Positions 37,128-51,320 of a stretch of 64,000 nt of DNA are shown here, one piece after another; the stretch's first letter is position 1, and each line of letters starts with the position of its first letter. This DNA is from Marsupella aquatica (lineage: Eukaryota; Plantae; Marchantiophyta). The notes beneath the pieces were generated by a model that did no database searches, was not told where the DNA came from, and was given only the letters and a program-made list of their open reading frames with translations. Location: contig OZ316895.1 of assembly GCA_973895155.1 (NCBI GenBank), forward strand, positions 20,226,803 to 20,290,802, given 5' to 3'. The translations under genes and the position numbers were made by a program.

Positions 37128-39939
37128 AACTGTTGCTTTTCTTCAAATGTTTTGTGTTCACGTCCTCCGACATCCTTTGATCAGCAAGGTGAGCAGGAGC
37201 TACACTTGCCTCACCAACAATAACCAACCTTAACTTATCAGTTCCCACTCACTGTATCATTCCCTTGGTTCCAAGTAGAGGTCATAGTATAAACTAGCAT
37301 GAAACACTCCTAATCAACAATGTTGCAAACTACAATATCCAAAAAGACTGAAAGTCTCACCCTGTAGTGAGCAGCAGAGAGGTAGTTCACTGCTTGTAAG
37401 AGTGAACTGAGCAGGAGTGTAGGTAGACTGGCATTCAGTTGGCACAACAATATTGTGCATCAGCACAAAAGCTCTTATAAACATGATATGCATTCATGAA
37501 ACTCGTCGATACAGCACAGGTCGGCATAGGAAGTGGCCCGCAGCACTCAGTCAAACTTCATAACCAAAGTATAGACTGTGTTCACAATAAGGATCTTCCT
37601 TAAAAAAGGGCCCACCAAAAGGGGGTGGCAGAAAGCTCACTTGACAAAAGGAAGATGGGAATGAAAAAAACCCGGAAAAAACTGCCTCCAAGGTCAATTC
37701 ATCCATGGCCCAGTTCAAGACAAAACAAAAAGAGTCAACTCTACACTTGGTTGTCCAAATTAAGCATGCATCACTGAATGAACGAGGGTGAAAGCTTGTG
37801 AACATTTTGGTGAGGGCCCCAATCCGCTCACATTTCACAAACAATGCCAAAAGCCAAGGAGCCCAAGCCAGAGGACGCAGCAAGAGGCCAAACAGCATGT
37901 ATGCATTTTAGTTCAAAGGGGGATTCAGTCTCCTCATTCACTTCACAAGTTGCAGAGAACAAGCACCTCGGTTGACTCCCTGAACCCAAGCTGAAGATAC
38001 CCATATGGAAAATGTTTTTACTTTTAAGCAATTTACTTATAGGGCTTGGCTTGGTTCTACCAGAGGTGTACAGTCATACTCCCCTCAGGTAGAATGTGTA
38101 TGCAGTTATGAGCAGATATGAAGAAGCCAGCAAAACAGAGGAGCCAATCGAAGCCAAATCCTACATTCAAAATATGAGTTAGTTTGTACCTTGCAAAGGT
38201 GGACCCCTACCCTGCCTGAGTGACTGACAAGATCCGCCGGCTTAGGTTGCACGATGCACGCCCTCGCTCCACCTCTCCAAGATGCAGGGTCGATGTAGGT
38301 TGCAAGTAGAAGCTCACAAGCCAAATATTGGGCGAATGTGGGCTCCAACTGTACTGTAGTGTGTCGTGGCTCTGCTCCTGCCTCCTATAGCTTCGAATGT
38401 GCCAGGGGTTACCAAACAACTGTTATTCTATTGAAATTGGCTACAAAGAACTCTTGTCTTTCTACACTCCACCTGCACCAAAATGAAGTCTTAGTACCAG
38501 TGAGACCAAGAACACAAAAGGAAGGGGCACATTCAAAGACAAAGTGATTCATACCACATTCAAAGATAAAGCGGAAAGAATTGGAAAAACCAGAGTGAAA
38601 GAATTGCGAATGAATATCTGTTCACACTGTATGCACGGGATCTTACATTTAGGGTGACTCTATTTGCAAAAGCCATAAAACAGAGAAACAGAGACCAGAA
38701 AACAGAGAAACAAATTAAGCATGCATCGCTGAATGATTAAGCATGCATTGCTGAAACGTAAAAACTTCACAGCGTATCATTTCTCTAAACAAAGGGCCAC
38801 ATACTCTGGTCTCTACAGAGAAAGCAAATCCAACTACGATGAGAAGATTGGTACAGAACAGGAGAGAAAAGGGAGACCAGAACAAATATTTAAAATCAGA
38901 ACAAGAAGACTGGCAATTTAAGGAACCCCAAGGAGCCTATTGCATTTGAATCACATACATGACCCTAGCATACTCATAGTGGGGCACTAGATACTGGGCA
39001 AACTCAAGGTAATGGTCAGAATGAAACCAAAAAGGTCTTGAAGTTGCCAGGTCCCGCCTCGTTCCTCTTGCACTTTGCAGAAAACAAGATGCAGAAAACT
39101 AACCTATAGCTCCAACCGGCTGTAGTTGACTGAGCTGCAGCAAGTTGTGAAGACAGGTCGTCCCCAGCGGCACCTTGTCCCTGCCTTTAGCTCGTCCTTC
39201 ACCGCAAGTCTTTGAGCTGCTCACAACCACAGCTAATAGATGGCTAAATAATGGGATCATGTGCAAAGGGAAATTATGAGCGATGAAGCGAAGGGAAGCA
39301 ATCAGTTCCGGCACCCAACAGCTAAAATGACCTCACTGACAGTTGGCATCTATGCAGATAGATCGAGGTCTTGTCACTAAGTTAGACACAATTTATGGTG
39401 AGAGTGTGAGTGTGAGTGTGAGGTTCCAGAGAAGGCTAAAGGACCTTTGCAATGCAAAATGTGGTGCAAATGGAGCCGCGAGGTGGACAATAAGTTGGTG
39501 ATAAAACCGGGCAGCATACATAACACCAAACCAAAGACACAAATGACCAAACCGAAAGACGCTTTCACCAACAATGCATATTCAGGACATGAGTGAATGG
39601 AAAGAAGCAAAGAGAGATACAGGGATTACAAAAAAAGACTAGGCCCTCGTCTGTCCAGACTTCTGTAGGACTCCACTAACTCCATTGTCCTTCTCAGATC
39701 CCCAAGAAGTCCATGAAGCAACGAAGAACCTGGGCAATGTGACTTAAAGTAGCAACAGTACATACACATATGAATGAAAGGCTGGTTTGGGGCAGCACAA
39801 GCAAGCAATGTGACCCCCTGCGTTCTGCTCAATCAGCCAAGAACACCCTAAAATCTATGAAAACAACGGGCAACAGAGGAGTTTGTAAGTGATTCTCACT
39901 TGAAATTCCGCCAGCTGAATCTTCCTTGTTAGAAGGTCT

Positions 39940-40520
39940 GCTAACTCCGCAGAATGACTCCCGGATGATTAGAGCAACGTAAGTGGCTCACTCCCTCTGA
40001 ATGTAAGTGAGACACTCCCTCTGAATGTCTCTACTCATCAGAGAGTAGAGCTCCTCCCACCTTTGACCTCCCCAACTCCCCAAAGGTCAGTGGCATCTGC
40101 ACAGTCACCTCCTTTGCACACCGCAATCGCTTCAAATCCCTCCTCCTAAAGCGCACAATGTTATGCCCAAGCGCGATCAGGTGGCAGAGTCGACAACAAA
40201 TTGAGAAAGAGTGACTCGGGAGCGAAGTGATTCAGAGCAGGTGGCTCTTGCTAACTCCACAGAATGACTAGTAGATGATTAGGGCAGCGTAAGGGCAGAG
40301 CTCACTCCCTTTGAATATCTCTACTCATCAAAGAGTAGAGCTCATCCCACCTTCGACCTCCCCAACTCCCGAAAGGTCAGTGGCATCTGCACAAATGAAG
40401 CGGGAGCACACCGCAATCGCTTCAATTCCCTCCTCCTAAAGTGCAAAATGTTATGCCCGAGCGCAATCAGGTGGCAGAATCGACAGCAGTGAAGTCTTCG
40501 AGCAGGTGGCTCTTGCTTTT
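39940..40520. repeat. Tandem duplication of ~260-310 bp inside the small CACTA
   Basis: GCTAACTCC.CAGAATGACT...CAGGTGGCAGA.TCGACA at 39940-40197 and 40250-40487. Confidence 0.9.
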
Positions 40521-42162
40521 CCCTCGCAAAAACTAGTAGTCGGCACTAAACTACACACCAGCACAATCACTCCTTGGATCCCTTCCCGTTGATCGGCATT
40601 TTTACCCTAACAAAAGTTCACACATGTTAGATGTCACTTAACACTTAGCACAAAACGGTCAGTAAGACCTAGTAAGTGTGCATGAGATTTTGTTTGTGGC
40701 CCTTTTAGTTTGGTGATTTGGGTATTGGTTATACAAACACCCAATGTCACTGGGAGTAAGACAACACCCACCCTTATACGAGAATGCCTAAATTTGATTA
40801 AACTTTACAATACCCATTTGGTCACAATTAAATAATGAGACCACATATTAGGGAGCAGGCCTAGGTAGCATAGGGTACTTTAGGGCTGGGCCCTCCATTG
40901 TGTGGCTGTTTGGCCTATAGGGTATAGGCCAGGAATACATATCGATAGGTCGGAGTTTAGCTCCCAATTGTTCACTTCAAGGTTTAATTAGTTAATTAGG
41001 TCGGGTTACACCGTACGTCCATACCGTGCACCATAATATGTGTTGGCTATATAGTAATGGACCGAACTCATCCTTATCCTTATTACATAAATGAACATAC
41101 TAATAGGGATAAAAGAAGGTAAGTATGACCCCAAATTATGCCAAATCCAAATGGTAACATGACACATATTAGGTGTGCAATATGTAATGGTCAGTTTAGT
41201 GACTAAAATGGCTTGCCTTCCTTCCCGCCCTTCCTAATTGGTCATAGGAATAAGACAACGACCAAAAAGTGAATAGTTGTATATGTTTTGGTGTCTTATG
41301 TTGACTTAAGAATGACTCAGAAGTCGTATATAGTCACATAAATATGACTAAAGTGTGGGCTGCGCACAATGGCGGTCAAGCCTGTCATAAGTGGTCGGGT
41401 CACAAAACACCCCGGTTTCTACTAGTGGCAGTTTCCAAGAAGCAACACGACAAGGACTATGGAAAATTGACGTTGTAACAGGTGACCTTGTCCTTCTGTA
41501 TGATAGCAAGTACATGCAATTTCCCAGGAAGCTGCATACTCGCTGGTTGGGACCTTTCCTTGTCAATCAGATTTACCCAAATGGATCCATTGAACTCACG
41601 ACGTACGCCGGTGACTTACTTCCCACGTGAGTTAGTTACAATCGTGTTAAGAAGTACCATCATCAAGATGATATCACCAATAGCGATGTTCGTGAGGACG
41701 CTTCACAGTTAAGTAGGGAGCTATGTGACGCCGCCAGCACGGCTGGTAATGAGTAATACGGCTTAACCCGTGTTACGTACGTTGGAAGTAGACTTAGTAG
41801 CCTGTAGTTATTAGTATAAAGACACAAATTAGCTAGTCATGATGTTTAGGACATGATTTAGTAATAATGGGGATTCGTGTTTGGGCTGGCGGCTTGGCAC
41901 CTGACGTACTGCCGGATTAGGGGCGCGTTATGGCTGTCCGCCTTGGATCAGTATAACAGATCCGGAGATGGCCCACTGGCATGCTTTGACCCGGACCTGC
42001 GGAGTGGTTGGTACCCCCCGGGCGTGAGGGGCTCGGCCTATCATAGGCAGGAGGAACCAATCGGTCGACGCACCACAAGAGTATAAAAGGCGAGCTCTTC
42101 CCCGTCTTGGGCCACTAGTTCACTCCATGCGCCAGCTTTGATCCCAGCCTCTCTAGTTTTCC

Positions 42163-44820
42163 TTGGAGCAATCATACACACCATGGCTTATGTCTATCAC
42201 GGGTATGTCCAGTTCCACCATTCGTTTTTGGTTTCAATTTCTACACATTGGGAGCCATCTTGCAAAATTATTCGCCGGACACAATCTGCGCAGATACAAA
42301 GCCGAGAGAGAGTACAAACAACTTATCCGTAGAAACGCGCGCTCATACTACAACAACAACTTCAATCTCTCGTTTGAGAGCAAGTATTTACGAAATGAGG
42401 AGATCACCAAATTCTTCTTCGACGGCCCAAAATACCTCCGCTTTGGAGAAGCGCTCCTCCGACTCCCGGACGAAGTGTTTAGGATCCCGGGCATGGTGGA
42501 TCTCCAATGTCATCACTTTGACACCTGCCCAAGGTTCAATCCTACCTCAACTTTTGGTTTAATAGTAGTCCGAGTCCGGGCGGGCCCTCAATACTAACAT
42601 CTTTCGGCTTCCCTTCCAAATTTCTGAGTCCTATGGCACCCCCTCTAGCTACAATTAACTCGCCAGCACCGGCACAGACTTCGCCTCAGCCTCCATTGAG
42701 CCGTTCCCCACCGCCCGTTGCACCACCTGCCCGAGTGCGGTCCATGGTGAATGCGGTCAACCTCAGCTTGGAGGATGAGGAGGCCCCTCCCCTTAACCAT
42801 AGTCTACCAGGTCCTTATAGGGCCAAGCCGGGTACCGCTCCAACGCATCAACAAACCCAGGGGGTAGCCCCGATGGATGACGCGGTGGCAGTAGCGGCCC
42901 CAGTGCCAGTACTTACGGCAGTAGCACTGCCGCCTCCTGATAGAGAGGACGGGGAGATGTGCCCCTCTATGAGTCACCCCGGGAACTAGTATCGGGGTAG
43001 GAAGAGGAAGGAACCCGCAGCTGTATCCGGGCTGCCCTTGGCCATAGTTGCGGTGGCCAAGCTGACCATGCATCTCATGGGGGAGACTGTCCACAAGAAC
43101 ATTCTTCACCCCAAGCATGCATGCTATATATCTGAAGACCCAAGGGTTTGAGCACCTCGCCGCTCTCCCTTGGAATACTTGCAGGTACTATGGGCAGGAT
43201 ATGAAGGAGTTCATCCAAAAATTTGACGAGGCCTGCCAACAAACCCGTGCGCATGGGAGAGTGACGTCCCTAAGCGAGGCATGGCTCAAGCTGATCTTCG
43301 GCCTACCCAAAGGAGTAAACCGAGTAGAATCACGCGCTCTCGGGGGCAAAGGAGCCAAGTATCAGTCCTCTAGCTTCCCGGCCAAAGGAGCAGTGGACAA
43401 CTGATTCTTGATGAGAACATGCCTCATCCTGGAGATAGCGGAGCAGCTGGAGTTCCAGAGGTACGCCCTCCACATGATGGAGCCAAGGGGCGAGATATCC
43501 GCTGCCCATGTAATCCAGGTCAAGAACTACTGGCCTAGGAAATGGGCTTCTTTCTTTGTCAAGAAGTTCCACAAGGAGATTGAACGACGAAGAAAGACCT
43601 TGTACCTCGATGGGAAGGCGTACCTCGCAAGCCACATCAAAATAATCATCGAGTGGTACGCCCGTTTTGACCGCCAAACCCTCCCGCGGCTCAACAAGCC
43701 TGAGCTAACCCCATCACGATGGGTATTCCCGGCCCAGGAAAGGCGACCCTAACCCAAGGCTAGAAGTCCGGTGGCCGTGGGGCCCACAACTACCCCGACT
43801 TTGCAACCAGACGCTACCGCCCCTCCTTCTGTATCAAATAATGCAGTTATTGCGACCCTGGATTTGATCAACTAGGCCAGCGCGACCATTGAAGCTGGGC
43901 TGGAGGAAGCCGGCCCCGGGCCCGAGATTGTGATTATGGAGGTCACCCCGGTACCCTCCACGGCTGTCCAAGAGAATTCCCCATCCCTTGCGGAGAACCC
44001 AACCCCCTCCATCTTCATAGTTCAGGGACTGAACGTCACCACTCCGACCCCCGAGCGAGCTGAGGTCTGTCCTTGCCCGAACTCGAGTGGGCATAGCCTA
44101 GAGTGCTTGGAACTTTTTGCATCGAGCACGTTTTTGAATGGGTTGTTGAGTGACTTCTCCCAAAACATCACGCGGGATACAGGGGAGTTCATGGCATGGA
44201 AGGTGGCCTACTTCTTCAACCAGGAATTGGTTGCGGCAGTACGAGCGGGGCATACGCAGGCTGAGACCGCGTGGAAGATAGAGCGGTATCAGGTTGAGGC
44301 TACCCACCTGATAAACAAAGCCTCAGCCCAAGAAACCAAACTTTAATTGCTGCAACCTCAGTTAGCGGCCGCATTGGAGCAGGCGGCCAGAGCTGGGGCC
44401 CGGGAAGCCTTGGCAGAACAGCCCAGAGCCGGGAAGGATGTTGAGATCGCAAGGCTCAGAAACCCAGATTGACGGTTTGAAGGGACAAGCCGTCATCTGG
44501 CAAAAGGATGTGGAAGAGGCCGATGCCCGGGCTCAGCGTGACACAGTCAAGGTGGACGCCCTGAAGGCGGAAGTGGCACCGCTTCAAGAAGAAGCCACGA
44601 AGCAGGCCCAATTGGTGGACAAGCTGACGAGCGACGCCCAGCAATTGGAAGAGGCATGCTAGGAAGCCGTGAAGGAACCGGATGTGGCAAAGCGAGAGAA
44701 TGAATCTGTGTTGGACCAAGTCCGACTACTCAAGCAGGACACTGACCGGCTCAAGAGGCAACGGGATGGCTGCTCCAAATCCAACTTGGGCGGGTCTGGC
44801 AAGCAAACATTAGCGGCGAA
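42163..44820 (+). pseudogene. Retroelement accessory ORF(s): small ORF, Pro-rich segment, helical domain and C-terminal coiled coil, broken by stops
   Basis: Chain of same-strand ORFs 42163-42597, 42633-42989, 43117-43404, 43408-43752, 43930-44346 and 44438-44662 in GC-rich, coding-like sequence. Confidence 0.55.
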
Positions 44821-45670
44821 GTAGGTTTAGGATAGAGTTACAATTAGGGAAGTCAAACGATAAGGGCAAGCCCCAAAACTAGTTGGCAACATTGTCCTAT
44901 CTGACAGACCTTCGTAGTTTAGAATCTTAGAATAAGACATGCCGTTTTATGGCCTGACAGTTAGCAGAGTTTAGAATCTTGGATACCATAGATTTGAGCA
45001 CGTGGCCGCTTTGGGCCCCGGCTCTTAGTATTTAGTGCACCCCCCGGTAGAGGTAGGAGGGATTTTAGTTTTAGAACCGGGTATCCGCAAGATGTGCAGG
45101 GAGTCCAAGCCTTTGTGAGTAAAAGAGCATCAAGGAGGGAGGGTACAACTAAGCTCATTGGGCGAGTGCGGAGCCGGGCTCCGTTGTAGTGTATGTCTCT
45201 TTGCCATTGGGCTTGTTTATTCAAGAGATGTTGAGTCAACTGTGTATATGTGTATGAGGGATTCTGAAGTAAAGTCTTTTCCCACTATTTCCTTCGTGTA
45301 AACCAAGATTGAATGATTGTGAATTCAGTTGCATGTATGAATCTCGTATATGGGTAGAGAATGTTTGGCCAAACGCATTATCCAAGCTGTGCACGGGGTG
45401 TCGGTTGCGGATAGTGGTTGCGAGCCCGGGTTGGACACCCGTATCATCGAATCTGGATTAGAGGCGGACAGCATGAAGGCTTAGAAGTCCTTAAGCCGGG
45501 GTCAATCCAGCTATCAACTTAAGGTACATTCCGGCGGCGGAACACAAACTATACCCATGATATTTATGTAAGTAGGACTAGGCACACTTAGCGCTAGATT
45601 ACGGGAGTAAGGTTCAGTTTGCACATCCCTCCTTGCCCAAACCCTCAAAACTAATGAAAATGGTGCCCGT

Positions 45671-45780
45671 CTAAGCCAAAATTTGTGTAAGGACGAAGCT
45701 TTCGGTGTGACAGCCCGCCTAAGCCAAAATTTGTGTAAGGACGAAGCTTTCGGCGTGACAGCCCGCCTAAGCCAAAATCC
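45671..45780. repeat. 48-bp tandem repeat, ~2.3 copies
   Basis: CTAAGCCAAAATTTGTGTAAGGACGAAGCTTTCGG(T/C)GTGACAGCCCGC repeated without spacers. Confidence 0.9.
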
Positions 45781-46256
45781 ACATAAGGAATGGACCTGTT
45801 GGCGTGACAATCTCCAATGTCATCACGAAATTGCTCATACCCAGACGCCTTCACCCTGTCCTCTAGATCATCCATCACTACATTCTCCTGATCATGAGTA
45901 GAATCCCATCAAGAGAAGCCATCAGTGTTACCTCTTGCAAGACTTAAACCAAACCAACTTTGCCTTGGTTCTAGAGGAAGGATGGAGTCATTACTTCTGT
46001 GTATGTGTCCATGTGCAACCTCAGGAATATTAGAACGTCCCGTAGAACGTGCATCTTGACTAGAGAAAAAGCAATCTTGATTAAGACCTGAATGTTTGAT
46101 GTCTGGGTGTTGCCTAACATGATGAGTGTTAATCCTATTTTGGGAGGATAGTTCAGCCCAATGCCCAACACCTCCTTCATCATGCATCTCATTGTGCTTG
46201 GCCCTTACGTTGTCATGAAGTTTGTGGACGACGTAGGGAAAGCTCGAGCTTATGTC

Positions 46257-47325
46257 TGTTGGAAGAACAATGCGCTACGATGTGCTAATAAAACACTATG
46301 ATCATTACCCAAAAATGCTCAATTGTCATGGGAACAACGAATGGAATCGGGGATGAAAGGATCATGGTATATGCCAACTCCCAAAACTTTTGATGATGAA
46401 GGCTTGAAATTCAGTTTTTTGGCGACATATCACCTGAACATTACAATCTATACTAAAATTAGGCCTATGAACTCTATTAAGGTCCATCTTCTAGTTCAAA
46501 ATCACAGTATTGGATTTTTGATCATAGAAAATTCACCTACAATTGTCAACTTCCTTTGAATCATATAAAGCAAGCCAAATACTTATTAACCTATCATCCT
46601 TCAAAGGTTCGAGTCAAAATTCTATGTCCATCAATAGTTACAAAAAAATGGTGAACCTATCTAGATTGCAGGCTGTGAAGACCCTGTTGTTGTCACCATA
46701 CTATATATCACTTAAAGATAAATATACCCTCAAAATGTTTTAGTAGGCATGACATAGCTTCTTATATATTTCCAAGAAAAATTTCACCTATGCATTTTAT
46801 TCTAGAAAAATATAACAAATAATATTCAAACTCAAAAAAATATGGTTCTATTGGAACATAATCTAAATATTTAAATCATCATAACTTTCTATTGTACCAA
46901 AATCAAGTGATTTCAAAAGCAAACTTTGCGTGCTCATCAAGGTGATCAAAGCTAGACTACTATCTCTCCAAGGAAAATATATTACAATGATTTCCTATAT
47001 AGAAAAACCTTTACTACTTAATAATTTACTAACAATGTCAAATCTCTAACTTCCAAGCACATTCTATGAATTCTCATACTTTCCACATACTCTTGCACAT
47101 AGATTTGGAATAATGAAGAAAACTCTCCATGCCCCCCAAGGGGTAGGCCTCTTATTTATTGTGCTTTGAAGGGAAAATGACTCACCCCATGGGTACACAT
47201 GGTCCAATAATATTTGAACATGTAATCAACAAGGTGTTTGGATGCTATTGGGCATGTTTCCATGTTTATGCTCCTTTCAACACCTAATTGGCCATGTGTT
47301 TGATTCTAAATGGACATGCAACCAT
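46257..47325. mobile_element. AT-rich LTR-like remnant, target of the large CACTA
   Basis: Begins TGTTGGAAG, non-coding, LTR-like composition. No partner copy seen. Confidence 0.35.
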
Positions 47326-48148
47326 CACTAGTAGAAACCGGGGGGTATTTAGACCCCATTAAACGACTATTCAGTACCGTATAGGACTTGGAAACGACTG
47401 GGAAGGACTGCAGTCCTTTATAGGACTGCGAGTCGTATGTTTTGTTACTATAATCAACTGAGTCCTTTATAGAACTGGTTTATAAGTCGTTTAATAGACT
47501 GGATTTTCAGTCTATTTTAGTCTTTGTGTGGGTAGCTTTGGTGAGTCGTTTTCAGTCTTTTATGGGCTGCGATGATGAGTCGTTGGGAATGACTAAAAAG
47601 GTTATGGAGGGTAGTCTTTAAATATACTTTGTGGGGTATGTATAAGTCTTTCATGTCAACTGGATATGAGTGATGAAGACCCCACTATACTACTTGGAAT
47701 GAACCCACTCTTGTGCACAAATAACATATTGCATTCATGTTTTATTGTGTACTTGGAATGAACTCACTCTATAAGTTCACCATTCATCATGTTAACATTA
47801 GAATACATAGTTTCAGAAAGCCATCTTCTATACCATGTACACTAATATGAATTCACAGATTCAAACTTCATAGACTACAAAGAAGGTCACAAAGTATTCC
47901 TCTATACCATACACACTAATACTGAAATGATAAAATAGATTCAAGTATCATAGACAATCACCATAGAGCCATAGTTTGACATCAATCACTTATGAACATA
48001 CAGAATTCAGAAATATCAATGTCACACACAACGTCTCCTTCATCCTCTTTACCAAATGGAAAAATTGGTACAGATATTTCTTGGATCTTTCCAAGGCAAT
48101 GTCAAAATGTGACACAATTCACATGATTCTATCTACACTTGCATTCAG

Positions 48149-51100
48149 TCAATGCAGACTAACACACTCTGATGGCCAGAGCACAAGAGATCCTACTGCA
48201 TCTGCAATTATTTCCTGAGGTGGATCATCGTCTCTATTCGGAAATGGCAAATTACAATCAGATACAATCACTGTAGTCAACAACACTACTACATGGTCAT
48301 CCGGGACCACTTTGCCATGGAATTTTGCATGATCCGGTCGCAAAATGCCTGTACCCACACATACTTGCGAGTCATCCTCCCATGAGAGAAGATTATGGAC
48401 TGGCTCTGCTGTGGCTATCACCTCCACCTTACCCTGGCTGTTTTTCTTGGCTTTCCTGGGTGGCTTATACATGACATTATTCATACCTTGGTTGCGAGTC
48501 ATGACTTTGGCACGAGTGTTTTGTGCTGGTGATCGAGAATTGGCTACACTCTTCTTCAAAGAATCTGCATCCATATTTGACACTTCTGATTGTGTAGCAG
48601 GATTTCCCTGCGACATCATCTTAGTATCTGCCAACATTGTACTTGCTTCAATTGAAGCATCTACAATCTTACTTGCATCCAATGTTGCTCCCAAGTTTCG
48701 ACGTCGCTTCACCCTACTCCCACTTGGTTGAGAGTCTGTCAACTCTGCATCAACTTCAATTCAGTGTCATGTCCAACATAAGTCAATCACTCATCACATG
48801 TGCTAAATGTACATGTCACCAACCACAAAGTTGTCACTATCTCCTTACCATTATGAACAGCCTTCTTCCCCTTCTTTGCCATTGCCATATGCTCCATGTC
48901 TGCTTCTGTTGATCAATAAACACACCACAATATTCAGGTTGAATCTATTAACCACTGAATTGTTGCTCAACATTCATATAGAGGAATTTAAAGCATCAGC
49001 TTACCTGATACCTCCTTGGCTATGGTCACTGAGGCACTGGGCACATCTTCTTCATTATTGCTCTTTGAATCACCTGATACATCAATCATGATGTCACTTC
49101 AGATCCCAGTTCATCCAACCAGTTCTTACAGAAAAGATTACCTCCAACCGGCTTAAGCTTCACAAAACTCCATGCACTTTTCAAATGTAATGTATTGGAT
49201 CATAGCAGGTTACCTGTCTCAGCAACCTTCTTGCCCTTCTGCTTACTGATTACAGGGTCCTTCTCTGCCTCCACTCTTCCTGCATTCAAACCATTCACTC
49301 AATTCATGAAAACTTACTTCTAACATTTGAACATAGGACACAATGAACAATGGGCCGGTGTCATTTCCATACCTGTGTCAGATTTGCCAATTCCCTTTTT
49401 TGTTAACAAGGGCACACTTTGTACAATGTTGCCCTCATTGTTTGGTTGGGAACCACCCAATTTTTCAATCACAAGCTTGAAATTAGATTCCACTGATGCA
49501 AGAAGGTTCGCTACAGATGCCTCCACAATATCCAAACGATCAGCCAATTTACTTTCCACTCGAGGGAGTCCACACTCTAATGACTTCAACCGTTCACACA
49601 TCTCTGTGAGAGTTGTAACAGTTCCCTGTCATAACACAGCTTACATATCTCAGATAACTGTCCCCAAGAACTGGTTGCTTACTTCCTACTACATTTCTTT
49701 CTGATGCTCAAGGCCAAATAGTCACAGAACATACAGAATTACAACATAATCACCTGTTTGGAAGTTACACTTGTCACCTCACTCCTTTGTTTCATGAACT
49801 CCTCTCTCACTTCTTGTGCTGATGGTTCTTCACCTGTCAATTTCTTCTGCAGTCCACATCAACATACATATGAATGAAACCAAGTGTTGATTGTCAATGA
49901 AAATGTAATAATGGTAGCAAGATGATAAGTTTGAGGCTTACTATCAGGCATGTCACTGCCTTACCAATTGTTCTTTCACTGGAGCATAACTTCCTCTCCC
50001 AGCCTGTGAAAGGTGTTTCACTTTGCCTCGAGCATTTGACATCAGTTCACTCTTGCTCTGTCCAGCCTCCGACATGAACCCTTTGATTAACCGTGTCCAT
50101 TGATCCAGTTCCAATGATGGGGGTGGTGACATTCTCCTGTTAGAACCATTGTCTATCCACATCCTTTTCAACCTATGCCTCTCTTGTTTCAAAATCCTCA
50201 TTGCATAATCTGATATGCAATCTTCAACTGGGCCCTTACCATCATTACCAACATACTCCCACCGTTCAAGAATGTCCTTGCAGATAGCAGCCCAATCAGC
50301 TTTGTTCTGACTCCTAAACTCTGTAATGCTCAAATCTAACCAACGCAATACTTCTCCTCTTAGGTCAGAATGCCAACGGTTCTTACCATCACATGTGGGA
50401 GTTATCCAACCTTCGGAATTCACTTCTACTTTACCAAATTTGTTACTGTCTCCTGCCTTGGTACTCCCTGAAGCGCTACTAGGTGTCCCTCCACGGCCTG
50501 GTGTCCCCCCACGGCCTGGGGTCCCTCCACGGCCTGATCTCCCCCCACGGCCTGGATTGCATTGTCCAAACCTCCCTGGAGTCCCTGCACATTTACAGGA
50601 TCCATTTACAGTCACTTACATTAGGTAAATATGAATCATAAATCCCGCTGCCAAATATACAGTGGACTTCAGAGCAATTCTGCAATGACCAAGTTACCTC
50701 TCCCTTGGCGCATAGATGGTTCTGGACCACCTGTCCTATTGCTTTGTCTTGATGAATTAGGGGCGTTTCTCCCGCCTGTGAATGATTGCCTCCTATCTGA
50801 ACGTGGATGGCCTTTGTTGTTTTCGTGATTGTCCCAATCAGAGTCTGCATACCAACAGGTACATGCCACACTCATGGACCTGTAAGATAAACTCTTTGCC
50901 CTAGCTACACATCAGATAAGTGCATATTGAGCTAAATCTCTACTATCATCACAAAATCACTAGCACAAGGCACTTACTTGTCCAATCATCCTCCTCACCT
51001 TTCCATTGCCCTCTGTACCCGTCTCTACCACGCTCTGGGTGTTCATATTCATCCCATCCATCTTCTGCTCCATCATAGTCATCATCATAATTATCAGGCG

Positions 51101-51320
51101 TCCCTTGCCAATAACTCTGGCTCCTTCTAGGGTATGGATTATGTGATTTCTCTCTAGCTGCCCACCTACCTGGGACTTGATGAGGGCCCTGTGCATCTTG
51201 CACAGGTGCATTTTTCTGTGAGCCCCCTGCATCTGGGTCTCCATTCATATCCAATCTTTCCTCTTCACCCCACTCTCCAAGCCCCATGTCTGTCTCCATG
51301 TCATCACCCTCTTCCCCCAT
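48149..51320 (-). CDS. CACTA TnpA-like protein (multi-exon; exon structure approximate)
   Basis: Exon 49965-50595 has W..I...W EY...RILKQERHRLKRMW..PPPSLELDQWTRLI...SELMSNARGKV..AGRGSY (Ptta/En/Spm-type). A coiled-coil exon lies at ~49360-49625. The last exon has FHGKVVPDDHVVV...LPFP...IADAVGSLVLWP. Confidence 0.8.
50482..50555 (-). repeat. 18-bp coding repeat (PGRGGT) in TnpA
   Basis: CCACGGCCTGG repeated four times, giving PGRGGRSGRGGTPGRGGTPGRGGTP. Confidence 0.85.

Larger units (their letters stand above)
36062..41427. mobile_element. Non-autonomous CACTA (En/Spm) element, 5.4 kb
   Basis: Perfect 24-bp TIR CACTAGTAGAAACCGGGGTGTTTT, 3-bp TSD GCA, dense subterminal (AT)GACT/AGTC motifs, no transposase. 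Confidence 0.97.
35490..41665 (+). pseudogene. Gypsy integrase, split by a CACTA insertion (35490-36061 and 41428-41665)
   Basis: YILLAIDYSTKWVEA, SDWGTHF, YHPKANGLT. After the CACTA, GDLVLLYDS..KLHTRWLGPF. Confidence 0.92.
41724..45809 (+). mobile_element. Putative 4.1-kb 3' LTR of the plus-strand gypsy element, containing a degenerate coding region
   Basis: Follows the pol end and a purine tract (AAGTAGGGAG). Termini TGTGACGCC...GGCGTGACA form an inverted repeat with 1 mismatch. TATAAAA at ~42082. No second LTR available to confirm. Confidence 0.5.

Noticed and set aside
45671-45780. Possible CRISPR-like array
   Set aside because: Units are contiguous 48-bp tandem copies with no unique spacers, no cas genes, and a eukaryotic context.
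45810-46250. Possible minus-strand retroelement protease remnant
   Set aside because: No catalytic D(S/T)G motif is visible, and it is too degenerate to call.
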